Source of the DNA: Candidatus Sericytochromatia bacterium
GTDB taxonomy: Bacteria; Cyanobacteriota; Sericytochromatia; S15B-MN24; UBA4093
DNA length: 64,000 nucleotides
Assembly (NCBI GenBank): GCA_036676985.1
Contig: JAKFBU010000026.1
Location: 32,001 to 96,000 of the forward strand
Direction of reading: 5' to 3'
Of the stretch, positions 47,140 to 55,646 are shown one piece after another (position 1 is the first letter of the stretch; every line of letters starts with the position of its first letter). The translations under genes and the position numbers were made by a program. Below the pieces are notes generated by a model. The model was not told where the DNA came from, ran no database searches, and was given only the letters and a program-made list of their open reading frames with translations.

Positions 47140-48495
47140 TTACTGGTTCTGGCCGACCTGGCGCAGGGGCGAGGGGTTGAACTTCTGGATGCGGTTGTTG
47201 TTGGTATCGCTGATGTAGACGAAGCCGTCGTTGTCGATGGCGATACCGGTCGGCTTGTTGAACTGGCCGGGGTTCGCGCCCATCCCGCCGAACTCCGACA
47301 GGTAGGTGCCCTGGTTGCTGTACCGAACCACGCGGTTGTTGCCCGAGTCGACCACGTAGAAGTCGCCGTTGCGGTTGTCGACCGCGATGTCCGTCGGGTT
47401 CTCGAACTGGTTGGCGCCACGGCCGTGCAGGGTGCCGAAGTAGAGGACCGGCTGGTTGGCCGAGTTCGTGAGGTCGTACTTCTTGATGACCTGGTTCTGC
47501 GAGCCGTTGTCGATGACGTAGAGGTTGTCGTTGGCATCCGCCGCGATGGCCGAGACCGCCGCCGAGACGGGGATCTCGCGGCGCAGCTGGCCGCTCGAGT
47601 TGAAGACCATGATCTTGCCGGCCTTGTTGACGAGCGCGAAGCCGTCCTTGAGCGACTGGATGTCGTAGGGCTGGCCGATGCCGGGGAAGTAGTTGAGGTT
47701 GGTGTTGGGCTTGACCAGGTTGCCCTCGAGGTCGTAGCGCTTGACCGGGTTGGCCGGCGAGAAGACACCCTTGGGGTCGCACAGGAAGACGTTGCCGCCC
47801 TTGTCCGTGGACATGCCCATCGGCTGGAAGATGTGCTCCGACTCGTTGAGGAGCCAGTTGAGGTTGTCGCCGAAGGTCTTGCTGGAGCCGCCCATCGTGT
47901 CGAAACGCTTGACCGCCCACAGCTCCTTGGGGGTGGTGAAGGGGCCGAGCTCGAAGTTGACCTTGGCCGTCGTGTAGAGGTAGTTCTTCGCGGCATCGAA
48001 GGCCATGTACTGCGGATAGGCGAAGCCCGTGAACGAGGTGACGAACGCGTTGGTCACGGCGTCCACGCTCTCGGTGAGCACGATGTCGGGCGAGGTCACG
48101 GTCTGACCGGCCATCACGTCGACGATCACGTCGCCGTTGACCGACAGGAAGGTGAACCCCTGCTTGTAGAGGGCCAGCTTCTGCTTGGCGGCCGGCACGT
48201 TCTGGAGGATGAACTCGCCCGCGCCGTCGGTGGTGGTCGAGCGGTTGGCCGTCGAGCCGACGCCCATCAGGGTGATCTGAACGCCCGAGATGCCGAGCTT
48301 GGTGCGCGAGTTGACGACCCGGCCGGTCACGGTGCCGGTGGGAAGGTTGATCGTCTGGTTGAACCCGCCGCTGCCGCCGCTGGTGCTGTCCATCGGGGGC
48401 GTGCTGTAGACGCGTCCGCAACCGACCAGCGCAGAGGCCGCAAGAACCGTCGCGATGAGGTTAATCAATCGACGTGCGTTCACTTGGCTCACCAT
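47140..48495 (-). CDS. Lipoprotein with carboxypeptidase-regulatory-like domain and NHL-repeat beta-propeller
   Basis: Lipobox LVGC; GTVTGRVV...TTTDGAGEF; NHL repeats F..PT.IAVD..G..YV.DSGNNRV and FNKPTGIAID..G.VYISDTNNNRIQKF. Confidence 0.88.
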   Translation of the reverse strand: MVSQVNARRLINLIATVLAASALVGCGRVYSTPPMDSTSGGSGGFNQTINLPTGTVTGRVVNSRTKLGISGVQITLMGVGSTANRSTTTDGAGEFILQNVPAAKQKLALYKQGFTFLSVNGDVIVDVMAGQTVTSPDIVLTESVDAVTNAFVTSFTGFAYPQYMAFDAAKNYLYTTAKVNFELGPFTTPKELWAVKRFDTMGGSSKTFGDNLNWLLNESEHIFQPMGMSTDKGGNVFLCDPKGVFSPANPVKRYDLEGNLVKPNTNLNYFPGIGQPYDIQSLKDGFALVNKAGKIMVFNSSGQLRREIPVSAAVSAIAADANDNLYVIDNGSQNQVIKKYDLTNSANQPVLYFGTLHGRGANQFENPTDIAVDNRNGDFYVVDSGNNRVVRYSNQGTYLSEFGGMGANPGQFNKPTGIAIDNDGFVYISDTNNNRIQKFNPSPLRQVGQNQ

Positions 48496-48622
48496 TCCCT
48501 TCCCGTTCGCAAGCTGTCATTAAAGCTCTGTTAATTGACCTGGAATCGTTATCGGGAGCCCGCAGGGGGATCTTGCGTCCCATTGTATAAATTCGAGTTA
48601 AGGATCGCTAGTGTCGCAATTA

Positions 48623-48653
48623 AGCCGGCCCGATCCAACGGATCGGGCCGGCT
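48623..48653 (-). terminator. Terminator downstream of ilvE
   Basis: AGCCGGCCCGATCC-aac-GGATCGGGCCGGCT. Confidence 0.7.
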
Positions 48654-48691
48654 GCATGGCGGGAGATCGGGGCCTTGGGGGCCGCGGGCGC

Positions 48692-49660
48692 CTAGCGCAG
48701 GGACGCGGTGGCCTGGTTCGAGGCCGTGTCGCCTGCCTGACCGCCGTAGACGGGGCGCACCCAGTGGCTGTACTGGGGCAGCTTGCCGCGGACGGCGTCG
48801 TGGTAGAGCTGGCGCAGCTTCTGGGTGATGGGGCCCATGGTGCCGTCGCCGACCGAGCGGTTGTCGACGCTCTCGACCCACGCGATCTGGGCGCCGGTCC
48901 CGCAGAGCAGCATCTCGTCGGCGATCATCAGCTCGGTGCGGTCGATGGGCCGGCACACGGTGGGGATCCCGAGCTCCTTGTCCGCCAGCTCCATGATGGC
49001 CTTGCGGGTCACGCCCTCGAGGATGTTGTCGTACTGGCCGGGCGTCACGAGCTCGCCCTCGCGGACGATGAAGATGTTCTCGGCGGAGCCCTCGCAGACG
49101 TGGCCGTCCGTGTTGAGGAAGATCGCCTCGTCGAAGCCGCGGTGATAGGCCTCGGTCTTGGCGAGGGCCGAGTTGATGTAGCCGCCGACGACCTTGGCGC
49201 GGGCCGGGATCATGGTGTCGTCGATCCGGCGCCAGCTGCTGACACCGCACTTGAGGCCCCGCTCCGTGTCGATGTAGTTGCCCATGGGCGTGACGTAGAT
49301 GTGGAAGGCGTCCTTGAGGTTGTGCAGGCGGACGCCGACGACCCCGTCCTCCTTGTAGAGGGTGGGGCGGATGTAGATGTCTTGCCGATAGCCGCACTGA
49401 CGGATGAGATCCATGGTCAGATCGACCAGCTCGGACAGCGTATGGGGCAGCTCCATGAAGAGGATCTTCGCGGAGCGGAACATGCGTTGGTAGTGCTCTT
49501 CGAGGAAGAGGGCGTAGAGCTCCTCCTGCTCCTCGTTCCAATAGGCGCGGATCCCCTCGAAACACCCGGTGCCGTAGTTGAAGGCATGGCACATGATGTT
49601 GATGTTGGCGTCCTCGAGCGGGACGACCGAGCCCTGGAAATAGGCCAGTTGTTTCGCCAT
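48692..49660 (-). CDS. ilvE: Branched-chain amino acid aminotransferase (class IV)
   Basis: YGTGCFEGIR, AKVVGGYINS, EGSAENIF and ILEGVTR motifs. ATG 49660. Confidence 0.95.
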   Translation of the reverse strand: MAKQLAYFQGSVVPLEDANINIMCHAFNYGTGCFEGIRAYWNEEQEELYALFLEEHYQRMFRSAKILFMELPHTLSELVDLTMDLIRQCGYRQDIYIRPTLYKEDGVVGVRLHNLKDAFHIYVTPMGNYIDTERGLKCGVSSWRRIDDTMIPARAKVVGGYINSALAKTEAYHRGFDEAIFLNTDGHVCEGSAENIFIVREGELVTPGQYDNILEGVTRKAIMELADKELGIPTVCRPIDRTELMIADEMLLCGTGAQIAWVESVDNRSVGDGTMGPITQKLRQLYHDAVRGKLPQYSHWVRPVYGGQAGDTASNQATASLR

Positions 49661-49665
49661 TGTCT

Positions 49666-51777
49666 TTACCTTTCCGGAGCGGACGGCATGCTGTCCACTC
49701 GCTGCAAGAAGGGATCGCACCATTGCGACCACCATTGCATGGGGTTTTTGACGGGAACGAGCGGGTGTCCCGTCGGCCCGCCAGCCGCGTCTTGCGACCC
49801 GTCTGGCAGGCTGAAAAGCTCATGATTATAGAATAACACGCCCTCACGCTGTTGGTGCCCAAGAGCGCCTCGTAACAATGATAAGCAGGCTTCGGTCCGG
49901 CCGAGATCCGTAAAAAGCCGCCATAACCAGTGTGAGTCGCGCGGCCAACACACGGCCTCGTGGTACTGCGCATCCCCCAGGTAGATCCGCTCGTCGGAGT
50001 CCTTGACGAGCAGCCCGTACAGGCCGCCCTGATGGTGCACGGAGAGCCGATCGGCGACGGCCTCCCAAGCGGCACGGCGCTCTTCCCGGCTAAAGACGGG
50101 CAGCGGGAGGGTGAGCGCGATCGCCACGATCCCCGGTGAGCCGGCCGTCCAGTCGTACCGCCCGTCCCGGGTGACGAGGCTCGCGATCCGGGCGCCTTGC
50201 GGGTCCCAGAACCGGGCGCGAAACGCGGGGATGGCCGCTGCGAGCATGGCCCGGGCCGCCTCGCGATCGTCCGCCCGGAGGCGGTGCCGGGAGGCCCAGT
50301 GGAGCGATCGCAGCCACTGCGCGTTGATCTCGGGCAGGTAGTAGGCGGCCTGGTGGTTCAACCGGAAGACGTCCTCGGGCGCCATGCCCGTGGCGAGCGC
50401 CTCCTCCTGCCACGCCTTCGAGACCCGCAGGGGCAGATCCGCCACCGGCCCGACGGTGCGCTTGCCGTCGGTCCAGGTGTGCCACGGCACGCACATGAGG
50501 AGACCCTCTTCCGTGAGGACCGGCGGGCCGTCCACCGTCTCGGGCCGCGCCTCCCGAAAGCCCGCGAGGGCCCGCCCGAAGGCGCGGTCCGCGAGTTCGC
50601 GCAGCTCCGGAGCGGCGGGCTCCGGCTCCAGCTCGTCGAGCAGCGTGAACGCGAGCAGGGTGGCGTCCGCCGAGTGGTAGTACTCATCCGGCAGGCGGCC
50701 CGTGCGTTCGGCCACCTCCAGGTCCGAGCGGTGCTCGGGCATGCGGTTGGGGATCCGCCCGCTCAAGGGATCCTGGAGGCGAAAGGCAGCCGCGAGGGCA
50801 TCCGTCACCCGATGGGCGAGCCCCAGGGCCTGCAGAGTTCGCCAGTTGCCGAGCAATCCTTCGAAGACGTCCCGGAACCAGGGCGTGCGGAACCACCACC
50901 CCCCGGCTTCCGGGAGCAAGGTGTCCGCCACGGGCATGCCGAAGCCGTCCGTCATCACGAAGATCCGCTCGGCGAGGCCCGGCTCCTTGCCAACCCAGGC
51001 TCGAATCCGCTCCCAGCGGGCGGTGACTTCGGATGCCGCGGGCGCGGTGAAGGGGGTCTCCAAGAGCGCGCGGGCCTCCGCCAGGGTCGGGGCGACGGCG
51101 AGCCGCATGGCCAGGGTGTCGCCGGGGCCGAGGTCGGCCTCCCAGGTGCCGGGGGCAAGAACGAGGGAGGACTCGGACACGAAGGCGACGCGATCGGCTA
51201 CCTGCTCCCGGAAGCCGCTGCCCATGGGATGCTCCAGCGCATGGGTCTGCCGATCGGGCCGGAAGGCGGCGCCCGGCATGGCGCAGAGCACGGAGGCCCG
51301 GCCGCGCGCGAGGTGGATCCCCTCGGGGCTCGCCTCGCACCGGGTCTCCTCCGGGGCGCTCGCGTCGTACATGTGCCGGAGATCCATGAGGGGGCGCAGC
51401 TCCACCTTGAAGCCGGCCTGTTCCGGGGCCCGAACGACCAGCTCCAGGGCCGTCCCCGAGGGGGCCGCGTGCGGCAAGAGCCGCCATGCCACGCTCCAGC
51501 CCGAGGCGTAGCGGCGCACCACCTCCAGGGGCGTGGCCTCGATCCTCGGTTGGCCGAGCAAGACGGGCGACCCGTCGCGCGTGACGCGCATGCCCACGCT
51601 GTCGAGCACCTTCCAGTTTTCCCCGTCGAGGAGGACCAGGAGGCCTTCGTAGCGGTGTGCCGTGGTGGGATGGTGCCAGCCGTCGGGCGTGAGGCGATCG
51701 CCCGTGCCCTGGACCCATTCGGCCTGGGGCGTCCGGAGGGCGGTCGCCGCCGGCCCCGGCTCGCCCTCCATGATCAT
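49666..51777 (-). CDS. Amylo-alpha-1,6-glucosidase / glycogen-debranching-like glycoside hydrolase
   Basis: AGGWWF...WFRD, G.IPN, SADATL, TWTD, EINAQW and YH..VCWP motifs of (alpha/alpha)6 GDE-like enzymes. ATGA overlap with ruvB. Confidence 0.75.
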   Translation of the reverse strand: MIMEGEPGPAATALRTPQAEWVQGTGDRLTPDGWHHPTTAHRYEGLLVLLDGENWKVLDSVGMRVTRDGSPVLLGQPRIEATPLEVVRRYASGWSVAWRLLPHAAPSGTALELVVRAPEQAGFKVELRPLMDLRHMYDASAPEETRCEASPEGIHLARGRASVLCAMPGAAFRPDRQTHALEHPMGSGFREQVADRVAFVSESSLVLAPGTWEADLGPGDTLAMRLAVAPTLAEARALLETPFTAPAASEVTARWERIRAWVGKEPGLAERIFVMTDGFGMPVADTLLPEAGGWWFRTPWFRDVFEGLLGNWRTLQALGLAHRVTDALAAAFRLQDPLSGRIPNRMPEHRSDLEVAERTGRLPDEYYHSADATLLAFTLLDELEPEPAAPELRELADRAFGRALAGFREARPETVDGPPVLTEEGLLMCVPWHTWTDGKRTVGPVADLPLRVSKAWQEEALATGMAPEDVFRLNHQAAYYLPEINAQWLRSLHWASRHRLRADDREAARAMLAAAIPAFRARFWDPQGARIASLVTRDGRYDWTAGSPGIVAIALTLPLPVFSREERRAAWEAVADRLSVHHQGGLYGLLVKDSDERIYLGDAQYHEAVCWPRDSHWLWRLFTDLGRTEACLSLLRGALGHQQREGVLFYNHELFSLPDGSQDAAGGPTGHPLVPVKNPMQWWSQWCDPFLQRVDSMPSAPER

Positions 51778-52853
51778 GGCGTGTCGCCTCCGAACAGGGG
51801 CAGCGAGCCATCCCGGGAGATCCCCAGGTGCTTGTAGGCGAGCGGGGTGGCCATGCGGCCCCGGGGCGTGCGGTTCAACAGGCCGCACTGGAGCAAGAAG
51901 GGCTCGTAGACGTCCTCGATGGTGGTGACGTCCTCGCTGATGGCCGTGGCCAGGGTCTCGATACCGACCGGACCGCCGTTGAAGGAGTGGATGATGAGCT
52001 CCAAGAGGTGCCGGTCGATGGGGTCGAGGCCGAGCGCGTCGATGCGCAGCTTGTCGAGGGCCTCGGAGGCGACGTCGGAGGTGATCTTGCCGCCGGCCTT
52101 GACCTGCGCGTAGTCGCGCACCCGCTTGAGCAGGCGGTTGGCGATGCGTGGCGTGCCCCGGGAGCGGCGGGCGATGACCTCGGCGCCGTCCGCGGCGAGG
52201 TCCACCTTGAGGATGTCCGCCGCGCGTTCAAGAATTTGCTGCAGCTCCTCGGGACGGTAGAAGTCGAGGCGCTGGATGAAGCCGAAGCGATCGCGCAGGG
52301 GGGCCGAGAGTGCCCCGGCCCGCGTGGTGGCCCCGATCAGCGTGAACTTCTTGAGGGGCAGTCGCTTGATGCGGGCGGTCTGCCCCTTGCCGATGGTGAT
52401 GTCCAGCGAGTAGTCCTCCATCGCCGGATAGAGGATCTCCTCGGCGAGGCGATTGAGGCGGTGGATCTCGTCGATGAAGAGGATGTCGCCGGGCTTGAGG
52501 CTGACGAGCAGGCCTGCGATGTCGCGCGGCCGCTCCAGGGCGGGCGCCGAGGTGATGCGGATGTCGACGCCCATCTCCTTGGCGAGGATGAGGCTGATGG
52601 AGGTCTTGCCGAGGCCGGGCGGACCGTAGAAGAGCAGATGGTCCAGGGGCTCCTGGCGCTGCTTGGCCGCGTCGATGGCGATCCGGAGGCTGTCCTTGAG
52701 GGCCTCTTGCCCCGTGTAGTCTTCCAGGCTCTTGGGCCGGAGGGACAGCTCGAGCGGAGACTCCTCGGGAGCCGGCTCGGGGCTCAGGACGGCCCGTTCG
52801 ACCTCTTGGGGCTCCGGCTTGGCTTTCTTACCGAAGGACGGAACGATGGCCAC
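51774..52853 (-). CDS. ruvB: Holliday junction helicase RuvB
   Basis: [33 protein letters not shown] and [12 protein letters not shown] motifs. Confidence 0.98.
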   Translation of the reverse strand: MAIVPSFGKKAKPEPQEVERAVLSPEPAPEESPLELSLRPKSLEDYTGQEALKDSLRIAIDAAKQRQEPLDHLLFYGPPGLGKTSISLILAKEMGVDIRITSAPALERPRDIAGLLVSLKPGDILFIDEIHRLNRLAEEILYPAMEDYSLDITIGKGQTARIKRLPLKKFTLIGATTRAGALSAPLRDRFGFIQRLDFYRPEELQQILERAADILKVDLAADGAEVIARRSRGTPRIANRLLKRVRDYAQVKAGGKITSDVASEALDKLRIDALGLDPIDRHLLELIIHSFNGGPVGIETLATAISEDVTTIEDVYEPFLLQCGLLNRTPRGRMATPLAYKHLGISRDGSLPLFGGDTP

Positions 52854-53072
52854 GGGGACCTCCTGGCGGCGTGGGGCAACTAGAACAATTGTACCACGCC
52901 CGGGCCGGCGGGGCTCGAAGGCGCCTGGCCACCGGAGAGCGGCGAGGCACGGTCGCCCCGGGCGGCATGTAACGGGGGATGCGCCTAAGTTTACCGAGAG
53001 TTTTACCTCGGGATAAACGCTAACGCGGTCTTAACGCTCGAAGACTTCTTGGGTCCCCCGAGGAGGCGCTCC

Positions 53073-54221
53073 ATGTCGATGATCCCCACGAACAGCTCGC
53101 CGAATCCCCAGTATTACCAGTCCTTGCTGGCACAGCTGCACCAGGCTTCGGTTCCTGCGCCTCAAAGCTCGCCGATGATGGAGGGCGATACCTTCGTCCG
53201 CGCCGCGACCGTGCCCATGACGCCGGCTGTGGAGTCGGGCCTTCTCACGCGCATCGGGACCACTTTCAAGGACCTGCTGGATCGCCTGGCCGGGTACGTC
53301 AAGCGCTTGATCGGCAAGGAGGAACCCAAGCCGGCCGAGCCTCCGGCTCCCGCGCCTGCTCCTGCCCCGGCTCCCGCTCCTGCTCCTGCTCCGGCGGCTC
53401 CGACCTACACCGTCGGGAAGGGCGACTCCTTGTCGGCGATCGCCAAGCGCACCCTCGGCGACGGCAACCGCTGGCGCGAGATCTACGACCTCAACCGGGA
53501 CGTCATCGGCCCCAACCCCAACCTCATCCACCCCGGCCAGGTGCTCAAGCTGCCCGGCGGTTCCGCGCCGCAGCCCGCTCCGGCTCCTAAGCCGACCCCC
53601 GCGCCGCCTCCTCCGCCGCCGCCTCCGAGCGGGGGCTCCTACACCGTCCGACCCGGGGACTCGCTGTCGGCGATCGCCCAGCGGACGCTCGGCAACGCCA
53701 ACCGCTGGCGCGAGATTTACGACCTCAACCGCGACGTCATCGGCTCCAACCCGAACCGCATCGCGGCGGGCATGACGCTGCGCCTGCCCGGCGGGGCATC
53801 GGCTCCGGCTCCCACCCCCGCTCCCGGCCCTTCGAACGGCAAGTGGCAGTGGCCCGTCGGCGGCTCGATCACCTCGAAATACGGCATGCGCAAGCACCCC
53901 ATCTCCGGCGAGCACAAGCTGCATACGGGCATGGACATCGGGGCGGGCACCGGGACGCCCGTTCACGTCGTGCAGGGCGGGCGCGTCGTGTCCGCCGGCT
54001 GGGCCGGCGGCTACGGCAACTACATCGTGGTCGACCACGGGAACGGCCTGCAGACGGCCTACGCCCACCTCTCGGCCATCAACGTCCGGGCCGGGCAGAA
54101 CGTCGGCTCCCGGGACGTCATCGGCAAGGTGGGCAGCACCGGGAACTCCACGGGCCCGCACCTGCACTTCGAGGTGAAGCGCAACGGCCAGTTCGTCGAC
54201 CCCCGGTCCTTCCTCGGTTAA
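53073..54221 (+). CDS. LysM x2 + M23 peptidase (peptidoglycan endopeptidase)
   Basis: Two YTV..GDSLSAIA...LG...RWREIYDLN LysM repeats with PA-rich linkers; HTGMD, YAHL and GPHLHFEV. ATG after GAGGAGG. Confidence 0.93.
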   Translation: MSMIPTNSSPNPQYYQSLLAQLHQASVPAPQSSPMMEGDTFVRAATVPMTPAVESGLLTRIGTTFKDLLDRLAGYVKRLIGKEEPKPAEPPAPAPAPAPAPAPAPAPAAPTYTVGKGDSLSAIAKRTLGDGNRWREIYDLNRDVIGPNPNLIHPGQVLKLPGGSAPQPAPAPKPTPAPPPPPPPPSGGSYTVRPGDSLSAIAQRTLGNANRWREIYDLNRDVIGSNPNRIAAGMTLRLPGGASAPAPTPAPGPSNGKWQWPVGGSITSKYGMRKHPISGEHKLHTGMDIGAGTGTPVHVVQGGRVVSAGWAGGYGNYIVVDHGNGLQTAYAHLSAINVRAGQNVGSRDVIGKVGSTGNSTGPHLHFEVKRNGQFVDPRSFLG

Positions 54222-54229
54222 TTCTTTTC

Positions 54230-54838
54230 CTAGATCTCGCTGAGCGCCTGGATGGCCTGACGGATGGCATCCTCGACGGCCGTGCCCGCGGGAATCCGTG
54301 CGAGCACGCCCGCGATCTCGTCCGGGTCGAAGCCGAGGCTGAGCAGCGCGAGCTCCGCCTCCTGGAACTCGTTGGGCACCGGCGCGAAGCTAGCACCCGC
54401 CGGCAGGGGCGAGGTCGTGCGGAAGGCCGACCGCTTGGCCGTCAGCTTTTCCTTGAGCTCGAGGATGAGCCGCTCGGCGGTCTTCTTGCCCACGCCGGGA
54501 GCCTTGGAGAGGCCGCGGGTGTCCGAGGAGGCGATCGCCGCCACCACCTGCGAGGGGTCCATGATGGACAGGATGCCGAGGCCGGTCTTGGTGCCCACCC
54601 CGCTCACGGACGTGAGCATGAGGAAGAGCTCGCGCTCCTCGAGGCTCTCGAAGCCGTACAGCAGCATGGCGTCCTCGCGGTGCGCCAGGTGCGTGTAGAG
54701 CGTGACCGGGCTGCCGATGGCGGGCAGGCGGGACAGTGCTCGGCTGGAAAGGAAGACCTGGTAGCCGACGCCTTGCACGTCGACGATGGCGTAGTCGAGC
54801 CCGCTGTGCGCAAGCTCCCCATGAAGGCGAATGATCAA
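54230..54838 (-). CDS. ruvA: Holliday junction DNA-binding protein RuvA
   Basis: GVGY.V, REDA..LYGF, VSGVG.K and PGVGKKTAERLILELK motifs. Confidence 0.97.
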   Translation of the reverse strand: MIIRLHGELAHSGLDYAIVDVQGVGYQVFLSSRALSRLPAIGSPVTLYTHLAHREDAMLLYGFESLEERELFLMLTSVSGVGTKTGLGILSIMDPSQVVAAIASSDTRGLSKAPGVGKKTAERLILELKEKLTAKRSAFRTTSPLPAGASFAPVPNEFQEAELALLSLGFDPDEIAGVLARIPAGTAVEDAIRQAIQALSEI

Positions 54839-55347
54839 CCCAGTACCGCCTGATCGGAAACGGGGACCGAATGTCCCTGGAGGAACTGCGCGTGCGTGAG
54901 GGCGAAGGCCAGGGCGTCCGCCGCATCGTCGGGCCGGGGGATGGTCGGCAGGTCCAAGAGGTCGCGGACCATCTCCTGGACCTCGAGCTTCTGGGCGCGG
55001 CCGTAGCCCGTGATGGTCTGCTTGACCTCCATGGGCGTGTACTCGGCGATGCGGCAGCCGGCCTGCGTGCAGGCGAGCATGATGACGCCCCGCGCCTCGG
55101 CCACCGAGATGACGGTCGTGACGTTGCGGAAGGCGAACAGCTTCTCGATCACCACCACCCCCGGACGATAGGTGGCGATGAGCTCGCGCACGTCGTCGTA
55201 GATGATGCGGTGGCGTTCGGGCATGGGCAGCTTGGACGAGGTCGTGATGACCCCGCAGGCCACCAGCTCCGACCGGTACTCCGTGTCGAGGTCCACCAGC
55301 CCGTAGCCGACCGTGGCGGTTCCTGGATCAATCCCTAACAAGCGCAT
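54835..55347 (-). CDS. ruvC: Holliday junction resolvase RuvC
   Basis: LGIDPG, EARGV, EYTP..VK..ITGYG.A.K and DDAADALA motifs. Confidence 0.97.
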   Translation of the reverse strand: MRLLGIDPGTATVGYGLVDLDTEYRSELVACGVITTSSKLPMPERHRIIYDDVRELIATYRPGVVVIEKLFAFRNVTTVISVAEARGVIMLACTQAGCRIAEYTPMEVKQTITGYGRAQKLEVQEMVRDLLDLPTIPRPDDAADALAFALTHAQFLQGHSVPVSDQAVLG

Positions 55348-55354
55348 GGTGGCT

Positions 55355-55363
55355 ATCATAGCA
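55355..55363 (-). promoter_or_regulatory. Extended -10 promoter for a probably leaderless ruvC transcript
   Basis: TGCTATGAT-N7-ATG with no SD sequence. Confidence 0.55.
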
Positions 55364-55424
55364 AATCGCGGGGCTCTTGCACTCGCCGTCCTTGGGCTTA
55401 TTCCTGCCGGAGAAGCAGGCGGTC

Positions 55425-55453
55425 TTGACCGTTGTAAACCACCCTGTTACACT
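55425..55453 (+). promoter_or_regulatory. Sigma70 promoter of rne
   Basis: TTGACC-N17-TACACT with extended TG; predicts a 5' UTR of about 190 nt. Confidence 0.7.
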
Positions 55454-55646
55454 GAGCCCAAACCTTTTCCTGCGTTCCCGTCCCGTGGTACCGCGCAGGC
55501 CCGCAGCAAGCGGCGGCCCCGGGTTTTCGAGACGGTTGAGCAAGGGAACCATCCCCCCTCAAGGCAGGCTGCCGGGCCAAGAGCCAACGGCCCCCTCAGA
55601 TTTCGGAGCGTCGCTCCGCCTGTCGTTCCCCCTGTAGGAAGACTCA

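Noticed and set aside
53340-53830. Direct repeats suggesting a CRISPR array or VNTR
   Set aside because: They are coding LysM duplications and Pro-Ala linkers; there is no repeat-spacer array and no cas gene.
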